This document shows positions 42,222 through 52,627 of a DNA stretch of 64,000 nt, one piece after another. The notes under the pieces are model-generated. The model was given only the letters and a program-made list of their open reading frames with translations. It had not been told where the DNA came from and made no database searches. Source of the stretch: Candidatus Oxydemutatoraceae bacterium (GTDB lineage Bacteria > Pseudomonadota > Gammaproteobacteria > Poriferisulfidales > Oxydemutatoraceae); NCBI GenBank assembly GCA_965218975.1, contig OZ244717.1, positions 1,024,001 through 1,088,000 of the forward strand, in the 5' to 3' direction. A program made the translations under genes and the position numbers. How positions within the stretch are numbered: the first letter of the stretch is position 1; each line of letters begins with the position of its first letter.

Positions 42222-44534
42222 ATGACAATCAGTACGAGAATTACCGCATCCGAAGGACATTCGGTACACCATTTGGTATGCCCTCATGATTGTCCGGATA
42301 CTTGTTCCATTTTAGTAACGCGCGACGATAAAACAGGGAAAGCAATTCGTATTCAAGGTGACCCGTCTCATCCGGTTACACGTGGTTATTTGTGTAACAA
42401 GGTTAACCATTATCTTGAGTTAGTTTATAACGAAAACCGAGTTATGTACCCGCATAAACGTATCGGCCTGAAAGGGCCCGGGGCAAAATTTGAGCGCTGT
42501 AGCTGGGACGAAGCACTGAATATCGTCACTAGTAAATTTAAAGAAACAATCAAAGAATACGGTTCCGAAGCAGTGCAACCTTATTCCTATTCGGGAACTT
42601 TGGGGATGATCGGTTATTGGGGGATGGATCAACGTTTTTGGAATAAAATGAATGCCGCGCGCTTAGAGCAATCAATCTGCATTTATGCAGCGATGTGGGC
42701 GGGTATCTACACCTATGGCGTGGCAAACGGACCCGCAATTCATGACGCTTGCGAAGAAGCGGAACTGATCATCCTTTGGGGCACTAATTTAGTCAGTACC
42801 GGAGTACACGCTATCCCCTTTGTTCAGAAAGCGCGTAAGCGCGGCGCTAAGCTAGTGGTCATTGACCCGCGTGTCACGCGGACGACCATGTTGGCGGATT
42901 GGCATATTCAGCCGCGCCCCGGTACGGATGGCGCGCTTGCGCTGGGAATGATGAAAGTAATTGTCGATGAAGGATTGCATGACATGGAGTTTTTGAAAGA
43001 ACAAACGTTGGGTTGGGAAGCTTTGTTGGAGAAGCGTTTACCGGAATATCCGCTTGAAAAAGTTGCCGATATCACCGGTTTGGATGCAGAGACGATTCGC
43101 AAACTAGCGCTGGAATATGCTGCGACCAAGAAGACATATATTCGCGCCAATTATGGCTTAAATCGCCATCAGAACGCGGGACAGATGTGCCGTTGCATTT
43201 TAATCTTACCGTGCATCACCGGCGCGTGGCGAGATAGTTGTGGCGGCGTTGCCTTCGGGACTTTAGAAGAAATGTGGCTAAAATTTCCGTTGGCTAAGTT
43301 GCAACGTCCCGATTTAGGTAACCGTGCCGAATCACGCATTGTGAATATGGTGCAGATCGGACGTGCGCTGACGGAAAATATCGGTGTGGACGGCAAACCA
43401 ATGGACCCGCCGATTAAGAACTTGTTCGTGTATAACTCCGACCCGGCCAACTGTGCGCCGAATACTAATAATGTGCGCAAGGGGTTGATGCGTGGCGATT
43501 TATTTGTTACGGTGCACGATACGTTTTGGACGGATACTTGTGATTATGCCGACATTGTGTTACCGGCGGATACGCAACTTGAACGCATGGACTTGCATGC
43601 CGCCTATGGGCACTATGTGTTTAGTATGAACAAACCGATTATTGAACCGCTTGGCGAGAGCGTCTGTAACGCTGAGTTATTCCGTATGATGGCAAAAAAA
43701 ATGGGCTATGTTGAAGAAGGGGATAATGCTTTTACTCAGACGGATGAAGAAATGATTCGCGAAATCATTGATGATAAGGATAATCCTTTGATGGAAGGTG
43801 TTACTTATGAAGATTTGGAGAAGAACGGTTGGGTAAAAGGAAAAGTAAATGCCGAGCGGCGCAATTACTTGAAAAATGGTTGGCCGACCGACAGTAAGAA
43901 AATTGAGATTTATTCCAAGACACTGGAAAATCAGGGGCAGGATCCTTTGCCAGTGCATCATCCCGAGATGGAAGGACAGGAAGATTATGAAACACGTAAG
44001 AAGTATCCATTGCAGGTATTAAGCAGCGCAACTCACCACTTCATTGGAGATTCGTTTCAGTCGGTGCCGCGTCTGAACGCAATGATGTCGCGACCGACGG
44101 TTGAGTTGAATACTGCGGATGCAATGGAGCGTGGGGTCAAGGACGGCGATTTGGTTCGCCTCTATAACGATCGTGGTGAAACTTATTGTCATGCGGTGAT
44201 TATTGATGGTCTGTTACCCGGAGTATGCTCAACGCAAAAACAGTTCAAAGGGAGCCATACTTTGGGTGGCGTCAACGCAAATGCGTTAAATACCGAAGTG
44301 CTGACTGATTTCGGTATGAGCCCATCATTCTATTCTGTGCTGGTACAAGCTGAAAAAGTTGATGATGCCGATCGGATGACCTTGCAGAAATGGCGTCAAA
44401 TCGGTGGTATTGACGGCTACATTAAGCAATGGCGGAATGATCCGCGCAACGCCAACATTGAAGCAAGCGATGAAGAGATCACTGAATTCGTCAAGGGGAA
44501 GTACCCCGAAGTATTTGAGGCGAGAGCAAGCTGA
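42222..44534 (+). CDS. Molybdopterin (bis-MGD, DMSO-reductase superfamily) oxidoreductase, cytoplasmic
   Basis: CPHDCPDTC..LC 4Fe-4S motif, VIDP, PRPGTDGALA, DTCDYADIVLPA, C-terminal MGD-binding domain; GGAGGT RBS before ATG 42222; no Tat motif. Confidence 0.9.
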   Translation: MTISTRITASEGHSVHHLVCPHDCPDTCSILVTRDDKTGKAIRIQGDPSHPVTRGYLCNKVNHYLELVYNENRVMYPHKRIGLKGPGAKFERCSWDEALNIVTSKFKETIKEYGSEAVQPYSYSGTLGMIGYWGMDQRFWNKMNAARLEQSICIYAAMWAGIYTYGVANGPAIHDACEEAELIILWGTNLVSTGVHAIPFVQKARKRGAKLVVIDPRVTRTTMLADWHIQPRPGTDGALALGMMKVIVDEGLHDMEFLKEQTLGWEALLEKRLPEYPLEKVADITGLDAETIRKLALEYAATKKTYIRANYGLNRHQNAGQMCRCILILPCITGAWRDSCGGVAFGTLEEMWLKFPLAKLQRPDLGNRAESRIVNMVQIGRALTENIGVDGKPMDPPIKNLFVYNSDPANCAPNTNNVRKGLMRGDLFVTVHDTFWTDTCDYADIVLPADTQLERMDLHAAYGHYVFSMNKPIIEPLGESVCNAELFRMMAKKMGYVEEGDNAFTQTDEEMIREIIDDKDNPLMEGVTYEDLEKNGWVKGKVNAERRNYLKNGWPTDSKKIEIYSKTLENQGQDPLPVHHPEMEGQEDYETRKKYPLQVLSSATHHFIGDSFQSVPRLNAMMSRPTVELNTADAMERGVKDGDLVRLYNDRGETYCHAVIIDGLLPGVCSTQKQFKGSHTLGGVNANALNTEVLTDFGMSPSFYSVLVQAEKVDDADRMTLQKWRQIGGIDGYIKQWRNDPRNANIEASDEEITEFVKGKYPEVFEARAS

Positions 44535-44605
44535 CTCTAAGCATGCCGAATCAATAGGTTTGTAGCACCTTTACTGTAACTGACTTAACAAGCAGGTGGC
44601 ATTTT

Positions 44606-45733
44606 ATGGTGGATTTTTCAAAGTTTAACGATCCTATTGCCGGCAATTTGGGTTCCACACCCACGGCTGATCCGACGATGTATAGTCGTCATGTCATCAT
44701 TCGCAAGGGAATCATTAAAAGTATTAGAAATCTTACTTATGATACTTATGAGCTCATTGTGAAATGTGAAGACGATCAAGGTGAGGTTTTAGAAAGAAAA
44801 GCCGGGCAATATGCGACACTAATGCCTGATTACTTGGATAAGCCTAGGTCTTATTCGTTTGCTCGGGCTCCCGAATGTGAGAAACCGGGCGAATATACTT
44901 TCTTTATTCGTTTGCTGCATGGCGGGTTATTCTCAGGGTGGCTATTTGAGGAAGATCGCACCAATCACCCGCTGACAATTAGCGGACCATTGGGCAACTT
45001 TGGTTTGGATGCATCGGACCGTACCATGCTATGTGTTGCAGGCGGTAGCGGCATGAGTGCGATTTTTGCAATTCTTGAGCATGCAGTTGAGCAACAAGTC
45101 AAGCGTGACGCTTATTTCTTTTATGGTGCGCGCACTCAAAAAGATCTCTATATGCTTGATGAATTACAAGATTTTGTTAAGCGATGGCACCTGAGTTATA
45201 AATTGGAATTTATTCCGGTACTTTCAGGCGACCCTGCCGCTAATAAAAGTTGGACGGGGGCGACCGGATTTGTGACTGATTATGTAGAGAAGGAGTATAT
45301 CCGGAATAAAAAAATTGACGTAGCGGATGCGGTCGCATATTTCTGCGGACCACCGCCGATGATTGATTTAGGTGTCGAGATGCTTTTGAATAAAGGGATG
45401 GATGTCAACGATATCCGGTATGATAAATTTGAGGACGCAAGTTCTCCCGTGCCTGTTATTGACAACTCAAAGTGTGTGTTATGCGATGAATGCCTGATGG
45501 TGAAACCGATCGATAAGTGCATTGTTGAAGTAATCGATTTGAATAATGGTAACGGCTCCGGCTATCGTCCGGTGATTCCGGCTCAAACGTCGGGTCTTTA
45601 TTATAATTCCTTATATATAGATGAGAGTGAATGCATTCGGTGCTACGCTTGCGTTGATGCATGCCCTGCCGATGCGATTAATCCAAATTATGCGAAAGAG
45701 TTAAAAACTTTACGTCGCAGCAGCGGCACTTAA
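44606..45733 (+). CDS. FAD/NAD(P)-binding (FNR-type) oxidoreductase fused to a C-terminal 4Fe-4S ferredoxin
   Basis: RSYS, GGLFS, AGGSG, CGPPPM; CVLCDEC and CIRCYACVDACP cluster motifs. Confidence 0.9.
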   Translation: MVDFSKFNDPIAGNLGSTPTADPTMYSRHVIIRKGIIKSIRNLTYDTYELIVKCEDDQGEVLERKAGQYATLMPDYLDKPRSYSFARAPECEKPGEYTFFIRLLHGGLFSGWLFEEDRTNHPLTISGPLGNFGLDASDRTMLCVAGGSGMSAIFAILEHAVEQQVKRDAYFFYGARTQKDLYMLDELQDFVKRWHLSYKLEFIPVLSGDPAANKSWTGATGFVTDYVEKEYIRNKKIDVADAVAYFCGPPPMIDLGVEMLLNKGMDVNDIRYDKFEDASSPVPVIDNSKCVLCDECLMVKPIDKCIVEVIDLNNGNGSGYRPVIPAQTSGLYYNSLYIDESECIRCYACVDACPADAINPNYAKELKTLRRSSGT

Positions 45734-45893
45734 AGTTAATAGTTTTCGGCATTTTACATCAGTTATTTTCTGTCGCGCATTTCTTAGCCCGAATGATTTT
45801 TACGTTTTGCTTGTTTTCTTTATTGAAAAACGGACGCGTTCTATATGCGCTGAAGTCAGTTGATATATAATCAATAAATAACTGATTAACGAT

Positions 45894-45970
45894 GCGCCCG
45901 TAGCTCAGTCGGATAGAGTACCTGGCTACGAACCAGGCGGTCGGGAGTTCGAATCTCTCCGGGCGCGCCA
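45894..45970 (+). tRNA. tRNA-Arg(ACG), copy 1
   Basis: GCGCCCG acceptor, cctgg-ctACGaa-ccagg arm, GTTCGAA, CCA. Confidence 0.96.
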
Positions 45971-46003
45971 CCGATTACCATAATAATCAAGCAGTTATTA
46001 CTC

Positions 46004-46037
46004 CGGGCAGTGGTCGCTTGCGGGCAGTGGTCGCTTG
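46004..46037. repeat. 17-bp direct repeat x2 upstream of the LRR gene (also at 53835-53868)
   Basis: cgggcagtggtcgcttg perfectly duplicated. Confidence 0.85.
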
Positions 46038-46156
46038 GAGTTTTTCTCTAAAGCTAGGTTTTGGTATTAAGGCAAATAGGTGCATACTGTAAGGTACAAA
46101 CACGTTATGTGTTACGATGTAAGAATATTGCCCCAATTCTTTAAAGGAGTTCTGAT

Positions 46157-49100
46157 GTGATGAAGATATGTTTCAAGTTTCTTCCTAATTTATATCTGCT
46201 TGCCGTATTGATTGCTTTAGCCTATGTTCCGCATGCCCATGCACAATCTGGTATTTGCGACCGTAACCTGCAGGTTCGAAATGCGATTCTCGACCGGCTT
46301 GGGCTTGACATGACCGCCTGTGCGGAGGTAACCGAGGACAATCTGAACTCCCTCGCCGGGGAGTTGACAGTGATGGGAACATTTCTCCCCTTGAATGAGG
46401 GGGACTTTGATAATCTTGGCTCTTTGAAAACGCTGAATTTTTTTGGCAATGAAGCAGTGAATCTACCTGCGGGTATATTTGATGCTCTTGACTCTTTGGA
46501 AACGCTGGATGTGTCGGACAATGGATTATCGAGTCTGCCTGCGGGTATATTTGATGCTCTTGACTCTTTGGAAACGCTGGATTTGACGTCCAATCGATTA
46601 TCGAGTCTGCCTGAGGGCATATTTAATAATCTTGGCTCTTTGGCAACGCTGAATTTGCAACTCAATCAATTATCGCGTCTGCCTGAGGGCATATTTAATA
46701 ATCTTGACTCTTTGGCAACGCTGATTTTGCGTGACAATCAATTATCGAGTTTGCCTGCGGGCATATTTGATAGTCTTGGCTCTTTGACAACGCTGAATTT
46801 GGAGAACAATGAATTATCGAGTCTGCCTGCGGGCATATTTAATAATCTTGACTCTTTGGCAACGCTGATTTTGCGTGACAATCAATTATCGAGTCTGCCT
46901 GCGGGTATATTCGAGCGCCTTACATCGCTTGAAACAATTGATTTGAGCGACAATCCCGGCACTGACTCCTTCAAACCGTCGGCGAATGCCGGATCCGACC
47001 GGACTACCACCGTCGGCGAAGTCGTTAGGCTGGACGCTACCGCCACCGATGGCGGTCCGTTTGGGAGCAACCTGAGTTTTGCGTGGTTGCAGGACGGAAG
47101 CGATAGCACGACTGTGACGCTGACCGGTGCCGCTACCGCCACACCCACGTTCACCGTGCCGGCGGACACGCCGGACGGGACCGTGTTTCAATTTGATCTG
47201 ACAGTGGTCGGCGGGAATAAGTTTGAGACTCTCAATGATTCGTCTCGACAGAGACTGACCGACAGCGACTCGGTGGCGGTAACGGCGATTGCAAGAGCGG
47301 GCTTTGGCATTTGCGATCGCACATCTCAGGTTCAAGAGGCGATTCTTGACGCACTTTTTCCGGACGTAGTAAGCTGTGCGGAAGTTACTACTACCCATCT
47401 GGAATCTATCATCAGCCTGGATCTTAGCTTTAGGAATATTTCTGAATTGGATTCAAATGATTTGAACGGGCTCACAGCGCTTTCAATGCTGCCACTAAGC
47501 AACAATCCTTCGTTGATGACTCTGCCCGCTGGCGTATTCGACGGTCTCAGTACGCTTAGCGAACTGTATCTGCAAAGCAACAACCTGACGACCCTAACCA
47601 CCGTTGTGTTTAACGACCTCACTGCGCTTGAAAGACTGGATCTGGGAGATAACGACCTGACGACCCTACCCGCCGGTGTGTTTGGTAGCCTCACCAGGCT
47701 TACAGAGTTGCGTCTGAATCAGAATAATCAGCTGACAATGCTGCCCGCCGGTGTGTTTGACAGCCTCATTGCGCTTAAAGAACTGGATCTGGGAGAGAAC
47801 AACCTGACGACCCTACCCGACGGTGTGTTTGACGGCCTCGCCAGGCTTGAACTGTTGTATCTGGATCAGACTCAGCTGACAATGCTGCCCGCCGGTGTGT
47901 TTGACAGCCTCACCATGCTTAGACTGTTGCATCTGGATGATAATCAGCTGGAAATGCTGCCCGACGACGTGTTCGAACCCCTAACATCATTGACTTCCAT
48001 CACTCTATTTAATAATCCCGGAAGTGAATCCTTCAAGCCGATAGCGAATGCCGGTCCCGACCGAATGGTTATTGTCGGTAATGAAGTTACGTTGGACGGC
48101 ACTGCTACCGACGGCGGTCCGTTCGGGAATAACATCGAATTTATGTGGTCGCAAACCACGGATGATGCTGTGTTAGTTAGTCTTACCAAGTCTAGGACCG
48201 CCAAGCCTATGTTTACTGTGCCGGGGAACACGCCGGTTGGAACGACGCTCCGATTCACCCTGAGAGTTACAGGCAAAGGTGAGACTGTGCATGGTCCAAA
48301 TGACCCGATGGATCACCTTACCACCCATGACGACGTGATAGTGACGGCTGCTGCACGCCCGAACGTAGCGCCGGAATTCACCGGTGCACCAAGTTTCGCG
48401 GTCAACGAAGGGCAGACGATAGTCGGCACGGTGACGGCTGAAGATGCGAATATAGAAGACGAGGTAACGTATTCAATTACCGGCGATGCGGATGATGCCT
48501 TGTTCACCATCGACTCGTCTTCGGGCGAGTTGAGTTTCGTCACTGCACCGGACTATGAGAATCCGGCGGGTATGGACAACGAGTACATGCTCACCGTGAC
48601 GGCGAGCGGCGGCACGGACGCTCGGGCGTTGACGACGACGCAAGCGATTACGGTGACGGTGCTTGATGTGGCTATGACGGTCACGCTTACGGCAGGTGAG
48701 CCAGTGGTAACGGAAGGCGAGTCGGCGGTGTTTACACTCAGCCGGACAGACGCGACGGATGCGCCGGCATTGACAGTGAACATTACGGTAGATGATTCCG
48801 ACGGAGCACTTGCGGCTGCGCCGCCTAATACGGTGACTTTTGATGCCGGTTCTGCGACGACAATACTTAGCCTCGCTACTGACGACGATATGCTTGATGA
48901 GCCCGATAGCATACTGACGGTTGACATCATTAGCATTAGCGGTGTGGGTTATGAGGACGTTTCTCGCGGACCAATTTCGGTAGTAGTTACCGACAATGAC
49001 GTTACGTTCATCGAAGAAATTGCGCCGGGCGGGCCAAATGGATTCATTGTTGATATCGGTGCTGCGGATTACGTTATTATTTCAGGCCGGCATAATGATG

Positions 49101-50704
49101 GGGCAAGGATTAACGCAGACGTTTTGCTGCCGAATATGTTTGGCTCTTCGTTGCGAACCTGTATTGTCTATGGTTTTCCGGAGAATGAACCGACGAACGT
49201 AGAGGAGTGCGATTCTTTGCACGGATCGTTGATAGAAGAGCCGATAGTTCAAGTGCCTGTGTTCGGTAGCGTATTGTACGGGGTTGATGTTGAAGACGAC
49301 GGGGGGGTGACTACTGTTCGGGAAAGTCTAAGGATTTATGTTGCACCGCCAACCGGATTTCCTTCCGAAGTGCGGTGGCGGCATTTTCCTGGCCCTGCAC
49401 CGATAGACATGCTTTTATTGACGTCGGATAATGATGGCGTGCCGGAATCAATTGACTTTGATTTTGAACTAGGGTCCGGCAAGCGAATGGTCGGTCCGAT
49501 AGATGTTTCTTTTGCAAAGGGGCGTAGCACGGTCAGTATAAGTTTATCGTCTGAGGAAAACGTTGTTCGACTTTCAAAAATTAATGGAGTTGCTTTTTCC
49601 GGTAGACGCGATGACGATTTGAGTATGGTCACCGAAGCGATGCTTCGTGACAACAAACTATTTTCGCTGGGCAATAATGAAATAGAGTTTGTTGGTGCGG
49701 AAGAATCGGATGAAAGCCCGATTGAGTCCGTCGAGCCCGTCGTTTCGCTGCCCGAGTTGGTCACATTTGATCAAGTAACCACAATCACGCTGACGGGCGA
49801 TTATATTGTTAATGTTTTCGCATACGCTACGGCGACAGCGACTTTCGATCAAGTGGGTATGTCCGAAGACGTTGTGAGGGGGGTGGTAATTGACATCAGC
49901 AATGATGATACTATCAGGAGTTTTGACAATCGGGGTATGGAGCGTATCATTTCGTTTGACGATGCGGATTTCAGCCCGCACATTTTTCAAGTGGAAATAT
50001 CCACCAACATGGAAGTGATAGCGACTATCAACGCACTCGGAGACGTTGCGACCGATTTAGGAAATGCTAGTACGGAGCAGCTTACACTAGCGACGCGTGG
50101 GGAATTGATGCCTGGTTTCTATGCTTACAAAAACGTTTTCAATCTCCCGCCGTTGCCGGACGGTCGCGAGGTTTCGGACCCGGAAATCGAGGTGTTTGAT
50201 TTCATAGTCACTGACTTCCCCGCTGGCGTTGCAACCATCGTGATTAAGTTGGTTGCTCCGACTCAGGAAGGATCGCTCTACTATAGATATCGTCGTTCGG
50301 AAGACGAGTTGACAGATGACTGGGTACCTTTTGAAGCGGGAGACATTGATAAGATTTTCAGTGCGCCTGCTCCATGCCCGAGTGCGCAAGCGAGTAGAGA
50401 AACGAATGCGAGTATCGGTCAAAGCGATTATGCGTGGCATTTAGCGTCTAGCGGCACTCGCGCAAGCGACCAATGTCTGATGCTTGAAATCGAAGACGGT
50501 TCGGTAAATGATGCCGATGGCAGAGTTAACGGGATTATATTTAGCACCGGCGCAAGTGTTGGCGTCGCTGATGATGGTGACACTGATGACGGTCGTCGTC
50601 GCGGCGGTGGTGGCGCCATCGGTTTATGGTGGCTACTTCTGCTCGTCGGCATAGTCTCCGGAGCTGCTGCGTTGAAGCGTCGAGATGAAGGTTTCAACCC
50701 TTGA
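46157..50704 (+). CDS. Secreted LRR surface protein (2x[LRR block-PKD-like], cadherin, Calx-like, GlyGly-CTERM anchor)
   Basis: Signal AHA|Q; 24-aa LxxLxLxxNxLxxLPxGxF repeats; ANAG.D PKD-like; DYENP cadherin; GGGGAIGLWWLLLL..KRR tail; last codons supplied by the IS end. Confidence 0.9.
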   Translation: MMKICFKFLPNLYLLAVLIALAYVPHAHAQSGICDRNLQVRNAILDRLGLDMTACAEVTEDNLNSLAGELTVMGTFLPLNEGDFDNLGSLKTLNFFGNEAVNLPAGIFDALDSLETLDVSDNGLSSLPAGIFDALDSLETLDLTSNRLSSLPEGIFNNLGSLATLNLQLNQLSRLPEGIFNNLDSLATLILRDNQLSSLPAGIFDSLGSLTTLNLENNELSSLPAGIFNNLDSLATLILRDNQLSSLPAGIFERLTSLETIDLSDNPGTDSFKPSANAGSDRTTTVGEVVRLDATATDGGPFGSNLSFAWLQDGSDSTTVTLTGAATATPTFTVPADTPDGTVFQFDLTVVGGNKFETLNDSSRQRLTDSDSVAVTAIARAGFGICDRTSQVQEAILDALFPDVVSCAEVTTTHLESIISLDLSFRNISELDSNDLNGLTALSMLPLSNNPSLMTLPAGVFDGLSTLSELYLQSNNLTTLTTVVFNDLTALERLDLGDNDLTTLPAGVFGSLTRLTELRLNQNNQLTMLPAGVFDSLIALKELDLGENNLTTLPDGVFDGLARLELLYLDQTQLTMLPAGVFDSLTMLRLLHLDDNQLEMLPDDVFEPLTSLTSITLFNNPGSESFKPIANAGPDRMVIVGNEVTLDGTATDGGPFGNNIEFMWSQTTDDAVLVSLTKSRTAKPMFTVPGNTPVGTTLRFTLRVTGKGETVHGPNDPMDHLTTHDDVIVTAAARPNVAPEFTGAPSFAVNEGQTIVGTVTAEDANIEDEVTYSITGDADDALFTIDSSSGELSFVTAPDYENPAGMDNEYMLTVTASGGTDARALTTTQAITVTVLDVAMTVTLTAGEPVVTEGESAVFTLSRTDATDAPALTVNITVDDSDGALAAAPPNTVTFDAGSATTILSLATDDDMLDEPDSILTVDIISISGVGYEDVSRGPISVVVTDNDVTFIEEIAPGGPNGFIVDIGAADYVIISGRHNDGARINADVLLPNMFGSSLRTCIVYGFPENEPTNVEECDSLHGSLIEEPIVQVPVFGSVLYGVDVEDDGGVTTVRESLRIYVAPPTGFPSEVRWRHFPGPAPIDMLLLTSDNDGVPESIDFDFELGSGKRMVGPIDVSFAKGRSTVSISLSSEENVVRLSKINGVAFSGRRDDDLSMVTEAMLRDNKLFSLGNNEIEFVGAEESDESPIESVEPVVSLPELVTFDQVTTITLTGDYIVNVFAYATATATFDQVGMSEDVVRGVVIDISNDDTIRSFDNRGMERIISFDDADFSPHIFQVEISTNMEVIATINALGDVATDLGNASTEQLTLATRGELMPGFYAYKNVFNLPPLPDGREVSDPEIEVFDFIVTDFPAGVATIVIKLVAPTQEGSLYYRYRRSEDELTDDWVPFEAGDIDKIFSAPAPCPSAQASRETNASIGQSDYAWHLASSGTRASDQCLMLEIEDGSVNDADGRVNGIIFSTGASVGVADDGDTDDGRRRGGGGAIGLWWLLLLVGIVSGAAALKRRDEGFNP

Positions 50705-52627
50705 CTTCGTAGGTTTTGGCTCGTAAGTGATTGCCCAGGAATGATTGTGCCATTGCCCTCATGATTCTCAAGGGCACTACATTACGGTGTTGTTTGTAGC
50801 CCTCCGCGCTCAGCTTCCCCCAGGACGTGACTTGTCGGGAAGCGGGAACGGAGCTTCGTTCCATTTCAGGCCAACACTACGGTAAGATCCTATTGGCGTC
50901 CGCGCTCGCGCGGCTCGGCATCGCATACCGCTTCTGTGTGTCGGTACGTACCAAGATGCTCAACTGCAAGGTGTCGAGCTCGCGCCGGATCCGTTCCGCG
51001 CTCATCGGGAAGCCCAGTGCCTTAAGCCGCCGGCGCAGCTGCTGCAAACAGCAGAAGGCCATGTAGCAGATCGCAATATGTGCCTGGATACGCCGCGGCT
51101 TCCAGTGAAAGATCGGGCGGATGCAAAGGTCATGCTTGTTGGTGCGAAAGCAATGTTCTACTTTCCACAACCGGCGGTACTGCGACAGCAACTCCTTCGG
51201 TGCCGTCTCCTCGTTGCCGTGCGCGATGATTGCGCGCAGGCCGTCCCAACGCGCCGCATCGGCCACCTTGGTCACATCAATCTTAACCCGGCCCTTTGCA
51301 GGGAAGCTTAAGTAACAGGCATAGCCGCGCGACACGAAACCTGCCGGGCGCTCGCTGCGTTGATACTTCCGGCGCAACTGTGCCAATATGCGTTCGCGAA
51401 CTTCCCGGTCCTTGCGCGCGCGCCGGCGCGAATAGGTGACTATGATCCGCCGACCTTCGTGGCGAATCATCCGGTAACGCAGGTCCTGCGTTTTGAGCCA
51501 GCCTTGATCGTCTGCTGCACTGAGCGCCTGCAGCTTGATCTTGGCCGGGGCCGACTTGAGACGATAGCCGAGCACATAGGCCAAGCCCTGCTCCTGCAGG
51601 AATGTTTGGTTCTCACGGCTCAGCATCGCCGCATCGGCCACTACTGTAAATACAGCACCCGGATGTCGCTGTTGCAGGGTTGTCACTGCCTGCATCAAGG
51701 TCTTGCCCTCAAAGGTGTTGCCCGGCAACAGTGCGTAGTCCACCGGCAGACCGTCGCAGGTCGTCATCAGTGCCAGCAACACCTGGCAGCGGTGCGGTTT
51801 GCCGTCCTTGCTGTAGCCCTTTGCGCGCAACGGGTCCTCTTGCTCGCTCTCGAAGTACAGGGTCGTGCAATCAAAGAAGAACACTTTGAGGGGCTGATCA
51901 TACAACTTCTGTGCCGCCTGATGAGACTGTTCCCGGATGCGCGCAATCACCGCCTCCTCAAGGTGGTCCATAGTCTGGTAAACCCGGTCGAGATTGAGCG
52001 AAACGCCGCCGCTTCGTTCCAATCCGCACACCGTGTCACGCTTGCTCTGCGGCTGCGCGATACGCGCCGGCACCAGCTCGCGCAGAATGCGGTTGGCTGC
52101 CGTACGCCGTGCACCCAACACCTGGTTCCAACCCAGGTGCGAATAAATTTGCGTGAACGCCTCGCGCACCCCAAGCATCAGCCGCATCTCCTCACGGCAT
52201 TCGGCAAGATCTACTCCGAAGCGCGCCAGACGTGGTGCCAGCCGCGCCTCAGCTGCGAGATCCGCGTACTGCTTCGGTGTGAACAGCGACTGTTGTGCTG
52301 TACCAGCTTGGCGCAGCTCTTCCAAGGTGACCTCGCCGAGCTTGCGCAAAGATGCAAGCTGCTCGGGACTGTCGGCAGTGCCGATATGCCGCACCACACG
52401 CTGACGGGGACCATCGGCAGTGCGCACGGAACGTACAATCTGCAAGCGAGTGCGGCCATGTTCGGGATCATATTTTTCACGCAGGTACATAGACCCGAAT
52501 GATAACCCAAAACAAAAGTGAAAACAAGTCTGGGGGCACTACAATGGATTTTTCGGCGGCGCCCGGATAACCCTATGATAATAAAAGATTTATTTTTTGC
52601 CCAAAGGTCAAAACCTACGAAGTCAAG
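50700..52627 (-). mobile_element. IS1634-family insertion sequence
   Basis: Perfect 19-bp terminal IRs cttgacttcgtaggttttg at 50700-50718 and 52609-52627; no target duplication. Confidence 0.9.
50877..52490 (-). CDS. IS1634-family DDE transposase (probable +1 frameshift near C-terminus)
   Basis: FFDCTTLYFE, GYSKD, VADAAM, Y..LWKVEHCFR..K..L.IRPIFHW; shifted frame continues YRSVGLKWNEAP past ~50884. Confidence 0.88.
   Translation of the reverse strand: MYLREKYDPEHGRTRLQIVRSVRTADGPRQRVVRHIGTADSPEQLASLRKLGEVTLEELRQAGTAQQSLFTPKQYADLAAEARLAPRLARFGVDLAECREEMRLMLGVREAFTQIYSHLGWNQVLGARRTAANRILRELVPARIAQPQSKRDTVCGLERSGGVSLNLDRVYQTMDHLEEAVIARIREQSHQAAQKLYDQPLKVFFFDCTTLYFESEQEDPLRAKGYSKDGKPHRCQVLLALMTTCDGLPVDYALLPGNTFEGKTLMQAVTTLQQRHPGAVFTVVADAAMLSRENQTFLQEQGLAYVLGYRLKSAPAKIKLQALSAADDQGWLKTQDLRYRMIRHEGRRIIVTYSRRRARKDREVRERILAQLRRKYQRSERPAGFVSRGYACYLSFPAKGRVKIDVTKVADAARWDGLRAIIAHGNEETAPKELLSQYRRLWKVEHCFRTNKHDLCIRPIFHWKPRRIQAHIAICYMAFCCLQQLRRRLKALGFPMSAERIRRELDTLQLSILVRTDTQKRYAMPSRASADANRILP

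Larger units (their letters stand above)
44797..50699. repeat. Copy 1 of tandem duplication (copy 2 is 52628-59754)
   Basis: 44797-~46.27k nearly identical to 52628-~54.1k (offset 7831); ~48.82k-50699 nearly identical to ~57.88k-59754. Confidence 0.92.

Noticed and set aside
45759-45971. 70-aa ORF MARPERFELPT (also 53590-53802) and ORF 31688-31870
   Set aside because: These are translations across tRNA genes
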